Shown piece by piece: positions 13,155-25,235 of a DNA stretch of 64,000 nt. The notes beneath the pieces are model-generated. The model had not been told where the DNA came from. It searched no databases and worked only from the letters and a program-made list of their open reading frames with translations. Within the stretch, counting starts at the first letter, position 1; each line of letters begins with the position of its first letter. Made by a program: the position numbers and the translations under genes. The stretch is from Eledone cirrhosa (Eukaryota), in contig OZ024742.1 of assembly GCA_964016885.1 (NCBI GenBank), positions 296,050,001 through 296,114,000 on the forward strand. Reading direction: 5' to 3'.

Positions 13155-13736
13155 TGTAAAGTTATATTTAAAATTGTTGGGTTACAACTAGTAAATATTT
13201 ATAACTGATATAAAAGCACTCGACAAATATTTGGAGTATATTTACAATATTAAATAAATGGAAAACTATATTTATAAAACCATATTTATTTCATTATATA
13301 TATTTCGGGGATATCATATTAACAATATGCTATGCCTTCATCAGACAAAATACAATATAAACAGTTTTATAGATAAACATATTCGACATACCGTAATAAT
13401 GAATTTTCACGCATTGTGAACACCTGTTCCACTCAGGAACACCGACATTTACAATATAGTGCAAGTTTTATAAATACTATAAATACTGTTTTGATGTATT
13501 AGTATTTATAAAACTTGCACTATATTGTAAATGTCGGTGTTCCTGAGTGGAACAGGTGTTCACAATGCGTGAAAATTCATTATTACGGTATGTCGAATAT
13601 GTTTATCTATAAAACTGTTTATATTGTATTTTGTCTGATGAAGGCATAGCATATTGTTAATATGATATCCCCGAAATATATATAATGAAATAAATATGGT
13701 TTTATAAATATAGTTTTCCATTTATTTAATATTGTA
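13155..13736. mobile_element. PLE-terminus fold-back island with a 237-bp inverted repeat
   Basis: Arms 13243-13479 and 13500-13736 with a 20-bp spacer; each arm carries an HHR; TA flanks; same family as 47447-48078. Confidence 0.8.
13627..13692 (+). ncRNA. Type-I hammerhead ribozyme (mirror copy at 13287-13352, minus strand)
   Basis: TATTTTGT CTGATGA aggcatagcatatt..aatatgatatcccc GAAA TATATA TA ATGAAATA. Confidence 0.72.
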
Positions 13737-13780
13737 TATATATATATATATATTTATATATTTATATATATCCCCATATT

Positions 13781-14083
13781 CAGGACTGGATTTAATGGAG
13801 GGTAAAAGGGGACAATTACCTCAGGCCTCATGCAGTGGGGAGTCCCACTAGCACTGACCGTAGCAATTTATTTGTGCCCTCAGCTGGGCTTTTTAGTTTT
13901 GGGATAGTTAGAATTTTTTAATATATTACCTGTATGTATAACTTTTCAATTCCAATTACTTATGCCAAGTTAACTTTGATATGTAAAATTGGGGGGGGGG
14001 GGTATTCTAATTGTTTGCATATGAGTCCCCCCCCCCCCCAACCTGAAGTGCCTGAGGCAACCTGAGGTCTGAATTCAGCCCTG
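13781..14083. mobile_element. hAT-like MITE
   Basis: Imperfect TIR CAGGACTGGATT/AATTCAGCCCTG; 8-bp TSD CCCATATT/CTCATATT. Confidence 0.6.
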
Positions 14084-17000
14084 CTCATATTTGTATACAG
14101 ATATATTTATAACAACAACGTTTTAAAGCCATTTTCTTTGCTAAAAGAAGGGCTAGCCTTGTAAGCCACAGGGCAAGTTTCTCTGTTTTGCCCTATAATA
14201 TGCACCTAGTATACTCTGTAAAGTGGTTAGTGGTAGGAAAGGCATCCAGTTGTAAAAATCATGCCAAATCTGGAACATTTGTGAGATATTACCCACTCTC
14301 TGTTCGAGGGTAGTTGCTCCAGTTTGTGCCATAAAAAATAAAAAGCAGAGATTAAATTATGATGATATATTTAACAATAGTTTGTGATGTAAATGGGGTA
14401 GGAAACTTGTTTACGTAAGAAATAAAAATAAATATACAACTTACTGTGTTGACTATGTCAATTACTTAATATGATATTTGCTATTGACATTTCAAAATAT
14501 ATGCTCATCCATTTTTGCCTTGAAATTTCATATTTAACATAATATTTTTGTTTATGAAAGCTTTTGGTTTAAGAATTTCCTACCCTGCCATGTAGAAAAA
14601 ATAAACAGTTTATTTAAAGTTAGAATGGATGAGTGAGATGTCCTCTAACCTATTTAGGGAGTCAAGAACTCTGAATAAGAGCTGACTCAGACTTTAACAT
14701 CTTGTCCAGCCCATGCTAGCATGGAAAGTAGACATAAAAGGGTGAAGATAATGATGATCATGTGTAATATTATATATATCTTTGCATCATTTAAACATTT
14801 CGTCATTTGTTATGCCTATATAACACCTCTTTATAAACTTATAAAGAACTTTATATATCAATTCCATGTGCGTCATATAGAAACAATACCATATACTAAA
14901 TTATGTGACATTTTTTTTTATCAACATCATCATCATCATCATGTATTGTATTGTTTGCTCTCTGTAAACTGAATACTATAGAATGCTCTATGGTTATCAA
15001 CAGGTGTGTATACTATGGGGCGCCATCTCCCTTTATGGTAGCTGATAGGCCATGGTGAGATTTGAACTCAACATACAAAAGTTTATAACAAATACAGTAA
15101 GCTAATTTGCTTGGCACCCTAACATTTCAGACAATCCAACATCCTAGATTAATGTTATTCATTAACCATGACAGGATGAAATGCAAGGTTCACCTCAGCA
15201 GGATGTAAAGAGCCAGAATATTTACCACAAAGAATTTAATGCAATGTTCCAATGCTTCTGCCAAAATTAGTCACCCCCATGTTAGCCATTGAATAAAATC
15301 TTTCAATTTATGACTATCAATATTTTCACTTTTCTTTTTTTTTTTTGTTACATTTATATTTGAACCAATTACCATTGAAATACTGTCAGCACTTTGGTTA
15401 ATTTTGTTAATGCCTCCACCCAGAAACAAATCAAAACAAACAAACTGCCTTTGATTTTGCACATTTCTAATGATTGTGTTAGGAAAACATAACGAGAAAG
15501 ACTTAGAGTATTAAAAAAATGTTCACAACTATATATTTCATATATTCACAGCTAATTGAGATTGCATGTGCAGAAGGATATTTTGAAATGTTTCTAAAAT
15601 TACAGAAATTCACTAATTACTGTTTCCTAATATTGTATGCTTGGAATAATTAAGGTAAATGCAATTTAGTTTGTTTTTGTTTTTGTTTTTACATATTTCA
15701 ATATATTTAATAATGTGATTTATAGTTCAAAGATATTTTCAAAGCCATATTAGATATTTGTTATATGTAATTGCTAATTTTGCTTCCAAGAAGCTAATTA
15801 GGGCAGTTTTTTTTATTATTGTTAAATCTGCTAGATATAACAGCCAAATCTCCTTCAAATCATACCCTACCATTTTAATAAAGGAAGGAAAATGTTGCAT
15901 AATGTAGTGCAAGATATACAAAAATATTGGATGGTCATGGATGGAATGCCTTTGATTATATGTCTGTCAATCATTTCTAAGCAATAACAACAACTGCATC
16001 ACATCTAAATGTTTCAGTAATGAATTGTTGTTGTTAATGTTTCAGCTCACGTATATGTAGGTTTAACCAGCTTTTTATGCTGTTGCATCTCACAGGAAGT
16101 CTCTTTGATATTTTAATAATATGAGCTCCAGTTTTATCATGCTTCCATTTTTCCAATGAGGAGAAGTGAGATTCAAATTCAGGATACACAGAGGTCGAGC
16201 AGATACTGCAAAACATCCCATCATAAGTTCTAATAGTTTTGCCTATCCATTGTTTTGCTTGGTATTTTATTTCTTGACTTCAAAATGGATGAACAGTAAA
16301 GTTGAGCTCAGTGGAGTTTGAAGCCAGAACAAATATTGCAAGGCATTTTAATCTAATGTTCTAATAATTCTGCTAATTCACCACCTATTAAGTAATGAAT
16401 TCCTCTCTGTTGTTATCTATGTCTGTATATATGTGAATGCATAACTCCTGAAGGAGTCATAGGGTTGCTGTCATAACATACATGTACTGGGAATGAATTT
16501 TAAACCTGGTGGAGCTCATCTCCTCTTCACGTCTGAATACATAGAAGAAGAGAGTGACAGAGGAGAAGTGAAAAAGAGATATAGAGGAATAATTGACCCC
16601 CGTATAAGACTTTGAAAGGACGAAAGGCAAAGTTGACCATGATCTAATGACTGCTAATGCAGCACCTATTCTTACTCATACATATACAGTTCTAAAGTTT
16701 ACACATATATATATACACCATAGGAGTACGCAAAACCAAAGAGTTTTGACATTCATTTTATTAAGACTGAATAGTAAGTCTTGTTACTCTGGTGTTTTGC
16801 CCGTTTTCTGTGATAAACAGGGGAAACTCCAGAGTAACAAGACTCAAAATGAGTACATTGAGTACTGAGTGCTTTTTATCGTGACACCTACATAACCACT
16901 TTACAGTGTGGGCTGGGCACTTTTTGTTGTGTCTCCATCAAGGCAACTTTACAGCATGGGCGGTAGGATTGCCGACAACAGGACAACTGGTCTAACCCAT

Positions 17001-17620
17001 GCTAGCATGGAAAATGGACGTAAGACAGAGGTGAGGATGATATGTGTATATACACACAAATATGTATATATAGACCATGTGTGTATATATGTGTATGTAT
17101 ACTCTATATGTGCATGCATGTATATATACACATATGTGTGTGTATGTTATGTTGGTTCCACAAAACTTCCACTGTAAAGTGGTCATGTGGGTGTCACAAC
17201 AAAAAGCAGCCAGCCCACATTGTAAATGTGGTTGGTGCTAGGAAGGGCATCCAGCCAGAAACAGTCCTACATGAGCGAAACTTGGTCACCCAACCCAACT
17301 TGCCTCTAAATGGCACAGAATCCATCTAACCAATGCTAGCATGGAAGATAGATGTTTTATGATGATGATGATGTGTGTGTGTGTTTGTGGAAAATGGATA
17401 TAAATCAATCATGATATACACACTACTAAACCTTTGTTAGCAGGGAAAATGGATTCTAAATGATGATGATTGTGTGATATATATATACCTGGACCACAAC
17501 TGACTATAAAAGCTGCAATTGATGGAATAGAATTGTGGTTATCTGCTACTCTAGTCAAGTGATGATGATGAATATACATACACAGACACACACACACACA
17601 CTCACACACATATATATATA

Positions 17621-18542
17621 CTAGCAGTGGTACCTGGCATTGCACAGGATAAGGTATTTTGGAACGCGGGCCACCAACAGACCTAATCGTGGAAAAACTG
17701 CATGCCTGGACAATATGTAAAGAAAATAAACTGAATACTCTGATGGCTGGATAATCTTTAAGATTTTCCTCGATGAAACAGGAAAAATGCAGGTTTTCAC
17801 CTAATGCGAGCCCTAGGGGATCAAGAAAGGGAATTTTTTTTAGGTGCATAATATGCCTTGAAATTTCGGGAAAATCGGCTAGACGTAATGCCTCAAAAAG
17901 TCCCTAAAAGCTGAAAAAATGAAGTTTATCACCTACTGTGGGCCCTAGGCCATAAAAAAGTTGGATTTTCTTTAATCACGGTATGAAGAAGAGACTCACT
18001 AATACATAGTTACAATTTCAAGGAAATCAGTCTGACGTAATGCCTCAAAAAACCCCTAAAAGCTTTAAAAACGCAGTTGTTCACCTAATGTGGGCCCTAC
18101 GAGATCAAAATGTTTAATTTTTTTATGTGCATAACACTCCCTGAAACATAAGTAATACACATGTAAAGTTTGAAAAACATCGGTTGGGTACTTCTCGAGT
18201 TTTAGGGATTCAAACTCACAGACACACATACACACACAGACAGACATCCTCAGGGAAGTGACGTAATGCAGACAGCCAGACATATAGACAGATATTATAA
18301 GGGTGCGGCGTTATATGTATGTATCTATCTAAAAACAGAAAGACTAAGAATTATAGCGAGAGATCGCTAAATTGCCTAATACAGTCCCTAGAGCATTGAA
18401 AATTTGAAATTCGTTTTGCTCAGAACACTCCCTGAAACATAAGTATTACATGTTTGAAAACAGTCGGTTGGGTGGTTTTCGAGTTTTAGGGATTCAAACT
18501 CACACACACACAGACAGACATCCTCAGTTTTATATATATAGA
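17621..18542 (-). mobile_element. Non-autonomous Helitron
   Basis: Minus-strand 5' end TCTATATATATAAAACTGAGGATGTCTGTCTG matches the 6017 element; 3' CTAG at 17621-17624; the 5' subterminal block is duplicated internally. Confidence 0.75.
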
Positions 18543-18808
18543 TATATATCAGATATTGAGTTAGAAACTCAAAATAGTCTCTTACAATCAAATAGCTCCA
18601 AGAAAGAAGTTTTTCTGAGCCATGTAATATAATTGAATATACAAGAGAGATAAACACAAATATAAACATACATGTGTTCGAATTGTAAAGGACCAAGTTC
18701 ACTGGGATGAAAAAGATACTAACTATAACAATATGGTTTGCCAGACTTAATTAAAGTAATAAATCAAGAAAAAGAAGAACAAACCTATATTGGGCAACTG
18801 TCTGAAAC

Positions 18809-18881
18809 ACCTAGACAGCTATAGGAGCTGTTTCGCAAATTTTTAAGTGAAGGAATCACCAACTTTCTGCTCTTCAGTGAA
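18809..18881 (-). ncRNA. Type-I hammerhead ribozyme with a full stem III
   Basis: TTCA CTGAAGA GCAGA...TTTGC GAAA CAGCT-cctat-AGCTG TC TAGG; GUC triplet; one stem-I mismatch. Confidence 0.7.
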
Positions 18882-18974
18882 CTTGGTCCTTTAAAATTCG
18901 AACACATGTATGTTTATATTTGTGCTTATCTCTCTTGTATATTCAATTATATATATATATATATACATACACAC

Positions 18975-20075
18975 ACATGGCCTTGCTCAGTATGTAGGAA
19001 AGGTGTAGATAGGAACTCCATTCTCTGCCCTAAATGCAAACAATGGGTACACAAGAGATGTAGCGGGATCTCAGGAAGCTTAATTAAGAATGTAGGCTTC
19101 ACATGCAGCAGCTGTGCTGAGACAGCAAGCAGCAAACAGCCACAGGAAACAAGTACCACCAATCTCTGGGAGGGCTCTGTAGAAACAGTAGACAGCTTCT
19201 GCTACCTAGGTGACCGAATTAGCAGCGGAGGTGGGTGTTCAGAAAGTACAATAACTAGGGTAAGAATGGGATGGAAGAAGTTTAGGGAACTACTACCACT
19301 GCTAGCTGCAAAAGGCTTCTCCCTCAGAATGAAAGGCAGACTGTATGATGCGTGTATCCGAACAGCAATGTTGCATGGTAGTGAGACCTGGGCGCTGAAG
19401 GTGGAAGACTTACGTAGATTAGAGAGAAACGAAGCCTGCATGTTCCGATGGATGTGTAACAGTAATATACGTAAACGACAAAGCATAAATGAATTGAGAG
19501 AGAGACTGAGCATAAGAGGAATCAAATGCTGTGTGCAGGAGAGGCGGTTGCGCTGGTATGGACATGTGATGCGTATGAAGGATGACAGCTGCATAAAAAG
19601 GTGCAGAGCACTAGAAGTTGATGGAAACCGCGGAGTGGGGAGACCCAAGATGACCTGGGATGAGGTGATAAAAGCCAACCTTACCCAATTACACCTCTCA
19701 AAGGCAATGACACATGACCGTGACTTCTGGCGTCACGCAGTAATACAGAGTACCCGACCTCCCATGGGTACAAGCTGAAGCATATAGACAATATGCCCCC
19801 ACACACCCCACCACAAGGTGGTTGTGGAGGTGCCACGGCAAAAAAGCACCCAACCCACACTGTAAAGTGGACGTGTAGGCGCCACGAAAAAGCACCCAGC
19901 ACTCACTATAAATGAGGTTGGTGTTAGGAAGGGCATCCAGCTGTAGAAATCAAGCCAAATCAGTTCCTGTATGAGCAAGGCATGGTCAGCCGACCAGACA
20001 CTGCCCACAACAGGACAACCCGTCTAACCCATGCTAGCGTTGAAGAACGGGTGTAAAACGGTGATGATGATGATG
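18975..20075 (+). mobile_element. 5'-truncated RTE-clade LINE (RT C-terminus, 3' UTR, (GAT)n tail)
   Basis: ORF to 19778: PHD-like WPCSVC...WVHKRC, then VDSFCYLG, MLHGSETW, RRLRWYGHVMR, GRPKMTW; the ORF's N-terminal YIYI part is flanking sequence. Confidence 0.9.
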
Positions 20076-21869
20076 ACACACACACACATATAATTTTTTT
20101 TATTTTTTTTTATTTTAGGCACAAGAATGCTTTCATATATATACTGCTAAAGTTTACAGTGACTTTGTTCAAGGCAATCTTACCAAAAGGGTGAAAAGTA
20201 AAAAGAGCACTGACAAGGGAGGGACCAGGTTGAGTGAGTGAGAGGAAAAGGAAGTGTATGATAGGCAGCACACAATGGTTGGGCAGAGTATAATAGAGGT
20301 GGGAGTAAGAGAAAAGTTAATAGCTTTATATATAGAGAAATTTAACAAAATGCCAACAGCATATTTAAATTTCTGGCCAGCAAGCCAGTATTCATTCACC
20401 TTAACCAATTTATGTGCAAAACCTATAAGAATTTATTTCTTCCTCACAAACCTATTTGCTACTGGCAAGAATTAGCTTAGTAATCAATTTTTTATTTATT
20501 TATTCACTTTTTTCTTTGTATATTTATTTTTGTTTGTTCTTCAGCAGAAAGTTCTTAGTCACTAATTTGGTTTTCCTTTTGGCAGAATTCTTTAGGTTAA
20601 GTTCTTTTACCTTTTAACGATGTGAATTTGGCAAGATTTCCAGTTGACATTTGGTTGTTATTGCTGACAATAAATAAACTTTTAGTGGTTCTGTATGGGA
20701 AATGTTCTAATTTTAGAATCGGAAATATGTAGCAATTGCATAAAAAGATGCTTTTGTTATTGGCAAAATCGGTAGAGTGTCGGACAATATACTTTGCAGC
20801 TTATAATTACATTCCTTTATATTTTGAGCTCAAATCTTGCTGAGGTTAGCTTTGCCTTTCATCATTACTGGGTCGATAACAAAGTACCAATAACATATTG
20901 GGGTCGATTTAATTGACTTTCCCCTCCCACCAAAATTGTTGGCATTGTGCCTACATCAGAAACCATTATTTATTTCTAGATCAGCCCTGACTGAGCAGAC
21001 ATAAAATTAAAAGCATTCCAACTATGACCATCCTGTCTTTTTTCTTTGTACAGGTGCACATTATTCAACAAGTTTTTTTCTAGGGTTAAATGCATTTAAC
21101 CCTGGTGGGTATACAATTTAATGTCATGAGTTCGCTTCCTGGATCTGATGATGCATTGTGCTCTTGAGCAAAACATTTCTGCGAGTTAACTCAGTGATGT
21201 ACTTTCAGTTACTTAACACCAATGAAACTAGATAGAATTTGACCTGATGAGCCCTCATCAGGCTTTAACCCTTTTTATAAGATGGTGGAATTTTAGTTGA
21301 GTGAAATTGAGCTGCTATTTCTAGCAGATTGTATGTGTGTATATAGAAGCTCCACCGTTGACTCACTGGCATAAAAGTGTTCCCAGCATGTAACTTATTG
21401 ATATAGCATTTAGATGCTAACCCCTAATCTTGGTTATATTTTGATTGGATAGCATATTTGCCAAACCTATCTTAACATTATCTAATGTAGCTTACTTATT
21501 AGGTCAGATTCTAACACAAATACATGCTTTCCACTTACATATTTCCTATTTCATTTATATACAAATTTACTCACTAAAACCTGGAATAATTTCAATTTCA
21601 TTACCCTTTTCAAGACATCCATGCCTGGTGAGAGATACGGAGGAAGTTAACTTCAAACTAGAAACCTGGCACAAATGCTTTGAAACAGAGTAGAAGTGGA
21701 CTCTGCTAAAGGCAACCAAGGGTCAGGTGGTGTTGCTGGTGGTGTTTAACCGAGTGATGAAATAAGTCTACCATTCAAGTAAGCAACAGCAGATTTGATC
21801 TCAAAACAAATACTGCACGTCACCATATCCTGCACTTTAACAATTTCACAAATTTACTGCCCTGAGGTG

Positions 21870-22150
21870 GTACCATTTTTCATGCCCAGAGTTGCTGAAA
21901 AATGGAACAAACTATCTACATCAGTTGTTAGCTGCCGGGATCCTGCATCCTTCAAAATTCCATGCTTCCTGATATTCATCAACACTACATCTGATATTCT
22001 CCTTCCATGCACACACACGTGTGTCTGTGGTGTATGTGTGTCATGACTCATACACTGTTCACTTTCCTGACATTTGTACATTATTCAACGTACTATACAT
22101 GCACCTTTGATGAGTTGTAGTGCACCCGAGCACTGCACACAATTTTCATT
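21870..22150 (+). mobile_element. CR1/L2-type LINE 3' end
   Basis: FFMPRVAEKWNKLSTSVV...FK terminal motif; related copy in the opposite orientation at ~30620-30830. Confidence 0.65.
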
Positions 22151-22151
22151 A

Positions 22152-22705
22152 AAATAAAGTACCAGTAATGTACTGGGTAATTGCTGGCCTTGTGCCTAAA
22201 GTAGAAACAATTATTATTCAATAGGGGTCAATAAAATAAAGTACCAGTAATGCACTGGGTAATTGCTAGCCTTGTGCCTAAAGTAGAAACAATTATTATT
22301 CAATAGGATTGGCAGTATCGGTAGAGGGTCGGACGCCATGCTTTGCAAGCTTAGAGTTACGGCCCTTGCCATTCTGAGTTCAAATCCCGCCGAGGTTAAC
22401 TTTGCCTTTCATCCTTACAGGGTCGATAAAATAAAAGTACCAGTAATACACTGGGTTATTGCTGGCCTTGTGCCAAAAGTAGAAACAATTATTATTCAAT
22501 AGAGTGTCGGGCAATATTTCACAGCATAGTTATGGCCCTTTACATTCTGAGTTCAAATCTTGTTGAGGTTAGCTTTGCCTTTCATTCTTATAGGGTCGAT
22601 AAAATAAGGCACCAGTAATGCACTGGGGGCAATTTAATCAACTTTCTCCTCCCCCAAAATTGCTGGCCTTGTGCCTATAGTAGAAATTATTATTATTATT
22701 ATTCA
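22152..22705 (+). mobile_element. Cluster of family-A SINEs and duplicated SINE tails
   Basis: Four consecutive ACCAGTAAT.CACTGGG...GGCCTTGTGCC.A.AGTAGAAA tails. Confidence 0.75.
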
Positions 22706-23302
22706 TTGACTCTGAAAGGCAAAATCGACATCAATGGAATTTGAACTTAGAGCATAGAATTCTGGACAAATGCTGCAAGGTATTTTCTTCTGCACTCAAA
22801 CTAATGTCTCTGTAGTTGTTAAGCAGTTAAATATTTTAGTAGGATGCATTTTAAATTATATTTTCAATAACAAAGATAGATGAATTGTTTTATTAAAAAT
22901 CATAAATCTACCTTATCTAAAATTATTAAACTGCTTCTTGAAATTTAATCAATTTGGTGTTCACAAAAACTTTCATATGGAATGTATTATGTCATTTTCT
23001 ATATTATTATATATATATGTTATATATTATATAAGTTTCATAATAACTATTATTTTTAATTACTTAGTTGTTGTCTTTTTATTAATGTACCTTTTATTAT
23101 ACATATTTTATCCATATTATAATGAGAGCCATTAATTATTTCATAAAATCACCATAACCCAATGAAATAAATCTTGTTAATGTTGACCATTTCCCTGCCA
23201 TATTAATTACACTCACCATTCTTTATTGCATGAAACTTAGAAAATACATATTTTCTTACTTTTTGTTGTATAGAATCTTTGAAATGTAGAAACTTACTGT
23301 CT

Positions 23303-24060
23303 TGTCTAGCATATAAAGTAACTGAGATCATATATGTCTAGCATATAAAGTAACTGAGATCATATATGTCTAGCATATAAAGTAACTGAGATCATTGTAT
23401 ATCTAGCATATAAAATAACTGAGATCATTGTATATCTAGCATATAAAATAACTGAGATCATATATGTCTAGCATATAAAGTAACTATTATATGTCTAGCA
23501 TATAAAGTAACTATTATATGTCTAGCATATAAAGTAACTGAGATCATTGTATGTCTAGCATATAATGTAACTATTATATGTCTAGCATATGAAGCAACTG
23601 AGTCCATTGTATCATCATCATCATTTCATTTTACGTCCGCTTTTCCCTGCTTGCAAGGGTGGGACGGGAACTGATTCTGGTTTGATTTCTACAGCTGGAT
23701 GCCCTTCCTAACACCAACCTCATTTACAGTGAGTGCTGGGTGCTTTTTTGCCGTGGCACCTCCATGACCACTTTGCAGTGGAATGATAGGGACCGCAGTC
23801 CCTATCATCTCATTTCTACAGCTGAGTAAACTGGAGCAATGTGAAATAAAGTGTCTTGCTCAAGGAAACAACACATCACTCGGTCTGAGAATTGAACTCA
23901 CAACCTTTCGATTGCAAGGCCAATGCTCTAACCACTAAGCCATGTGCCTCCATGTTACTTTATATGTCTAGCATATAAAGTAACTGAGATAATTGTATGT
24001 CTAGCATATAAAGTAACCAAGACCATTGTATGTCTAGCATATATAGTAACTGAAGCCATT
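23303..24060. repeat. 26-33-bp minisatellite (TATGTCTAGCATATAAAGTAACTGAGATCATTG) interrupted by a SINE
   Basis: About 10 units at 23303-23610 and about 3 at 23960-24060. Confidence 0.85.
23611..23952 (-). mobile_element. tRNA-derived SINE family B with RTE-type tail
   Basis: Head TGGAGGCACATGGCTTAGTGGTTAGAGC; tail GTTGGTGTTAGGAAGGGCATCCAGCTGTAG...(GAT)n shared with the RTE 3' UTR; near-identical copies at 33805-34140, 43533-43879 and 43905-44226. Confidence 0.8.
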
Positions 24061-24493
24061 ATCATTCTTGTATGAAAGTCTGCAATAGCCATTTCTTTCC
24101 AGTTTTACCCCTTGCACACTTTATTGTACACATTTTCCTGTTTTGTCTGGGTCCTAAGACTATCAATTTTATTTACAGCATTTTGTTCTAGTCAGTAGAT
24201 CTCATTTGTTTCTTAATTTGTTCTTTTACTAGCCGCTGTATTGTTGTGCCCATGATCTAAAACTTTCTTATATGTTTACATTTATGGAAGTATCAAATTA
24301 GCTTCTTATTCCTATTCATTATAGACTCTGGTTTAGGCAATGATACTACTTGCAATGGTATGAAATTACACAAATCTATTTCAGTGAGGAGATTATTAAG
24401 AGCTATAGATGCTGTTTATTGTATTTTATCCTATATGTTCATTTTCCCCTCACACAGAAAAAAAGAAATTACACAAAGTGTTATTAGGTTTAA

Positions 24494-24714
24494 CCCTTTA
24501 GCATTTACATTATTCTATATATACTATTATATTTTTGTGATAAAGGCTTTATCTTACATAATTATCTCACATAATATTAAATCGATGAGATTTTGATGTT
24601 ATTTATTTTGAGAACAATACCTTAATATCAGTATGAGTGGCCAGTTACAGCCAGTTTGAATAGAAAGAGGTGAGAGAATTCTGACCGGATATGACCGGTT
24701 TAAATGCTAAAGGG
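24494..24714. mobile_element. piggyBac-type MITE
   Basis: TTAA|CCCTTTAGCATTTA...TAAATGCTAAAGGG|GTAA. Confidence 0.7.
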
Positions 24715-24944
24715 GTAAGCATGTGTGAAATGGAAAATCATGTCTTCCATGTATCTGTTGTTAGTCTTTCATCATGAAAAAAGTAGGAAAGATGTTAAGA
24801 GAGAGAAGAGATTAGATTAAAAAGTGGTTGATGAAGAAGAAAAGAGTAAAAAGAAAAGGAAGAGAGAAGGGTTCAGAAGATTGATGTAGTGTGAGAGCAA
24901 TTAAAACAAAACCAGTAATTCAATGGTAATTCAAAAGGTGACCT

Positions 24945-24994
<50 letters not shown>

Positions 24995-25235
24995 CACATG
25001 ATGTGCATGGATGATAATCTATGGGTGAAGAGGTGCCAGGAAATGCAAGTAGATGGAAACCGCAGCAGAGGTAGACCAAGAAAGACCTGGGCAGAGGGAA
25101 TGGGAGCTGACTACAAATTGCTGAGACTCACAGAGAAGATGAAGAAGAAATGTGGTGAGTGGATACATGCTGTGCTCAGAAGGACCTGTCCAACCCATGC
25201 AAGCATAGAAAAACAAATGTAAAAATGTTGATGCT
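24995..25235 (+). mobile_element. RTE LINE 3' fragment
   Basis: VKRC..MQVDGNRSRGRPRKTW followed by the CCCATGCAAGCAT tail. Confidence 0.65.

Noticed and set aside
21225-21265. CTGATGA inside the small palindrome CCTGATGAGCCCTCATCAGG
   Set aside because: No correctly placed GAAA, UH or stem I, so no hammerhead fold.
23303-23610. CRISPR-like periodic repeat
   Set aside because: No unique spacers, eukaryotic context and no cas genes; it is a minisatellite.
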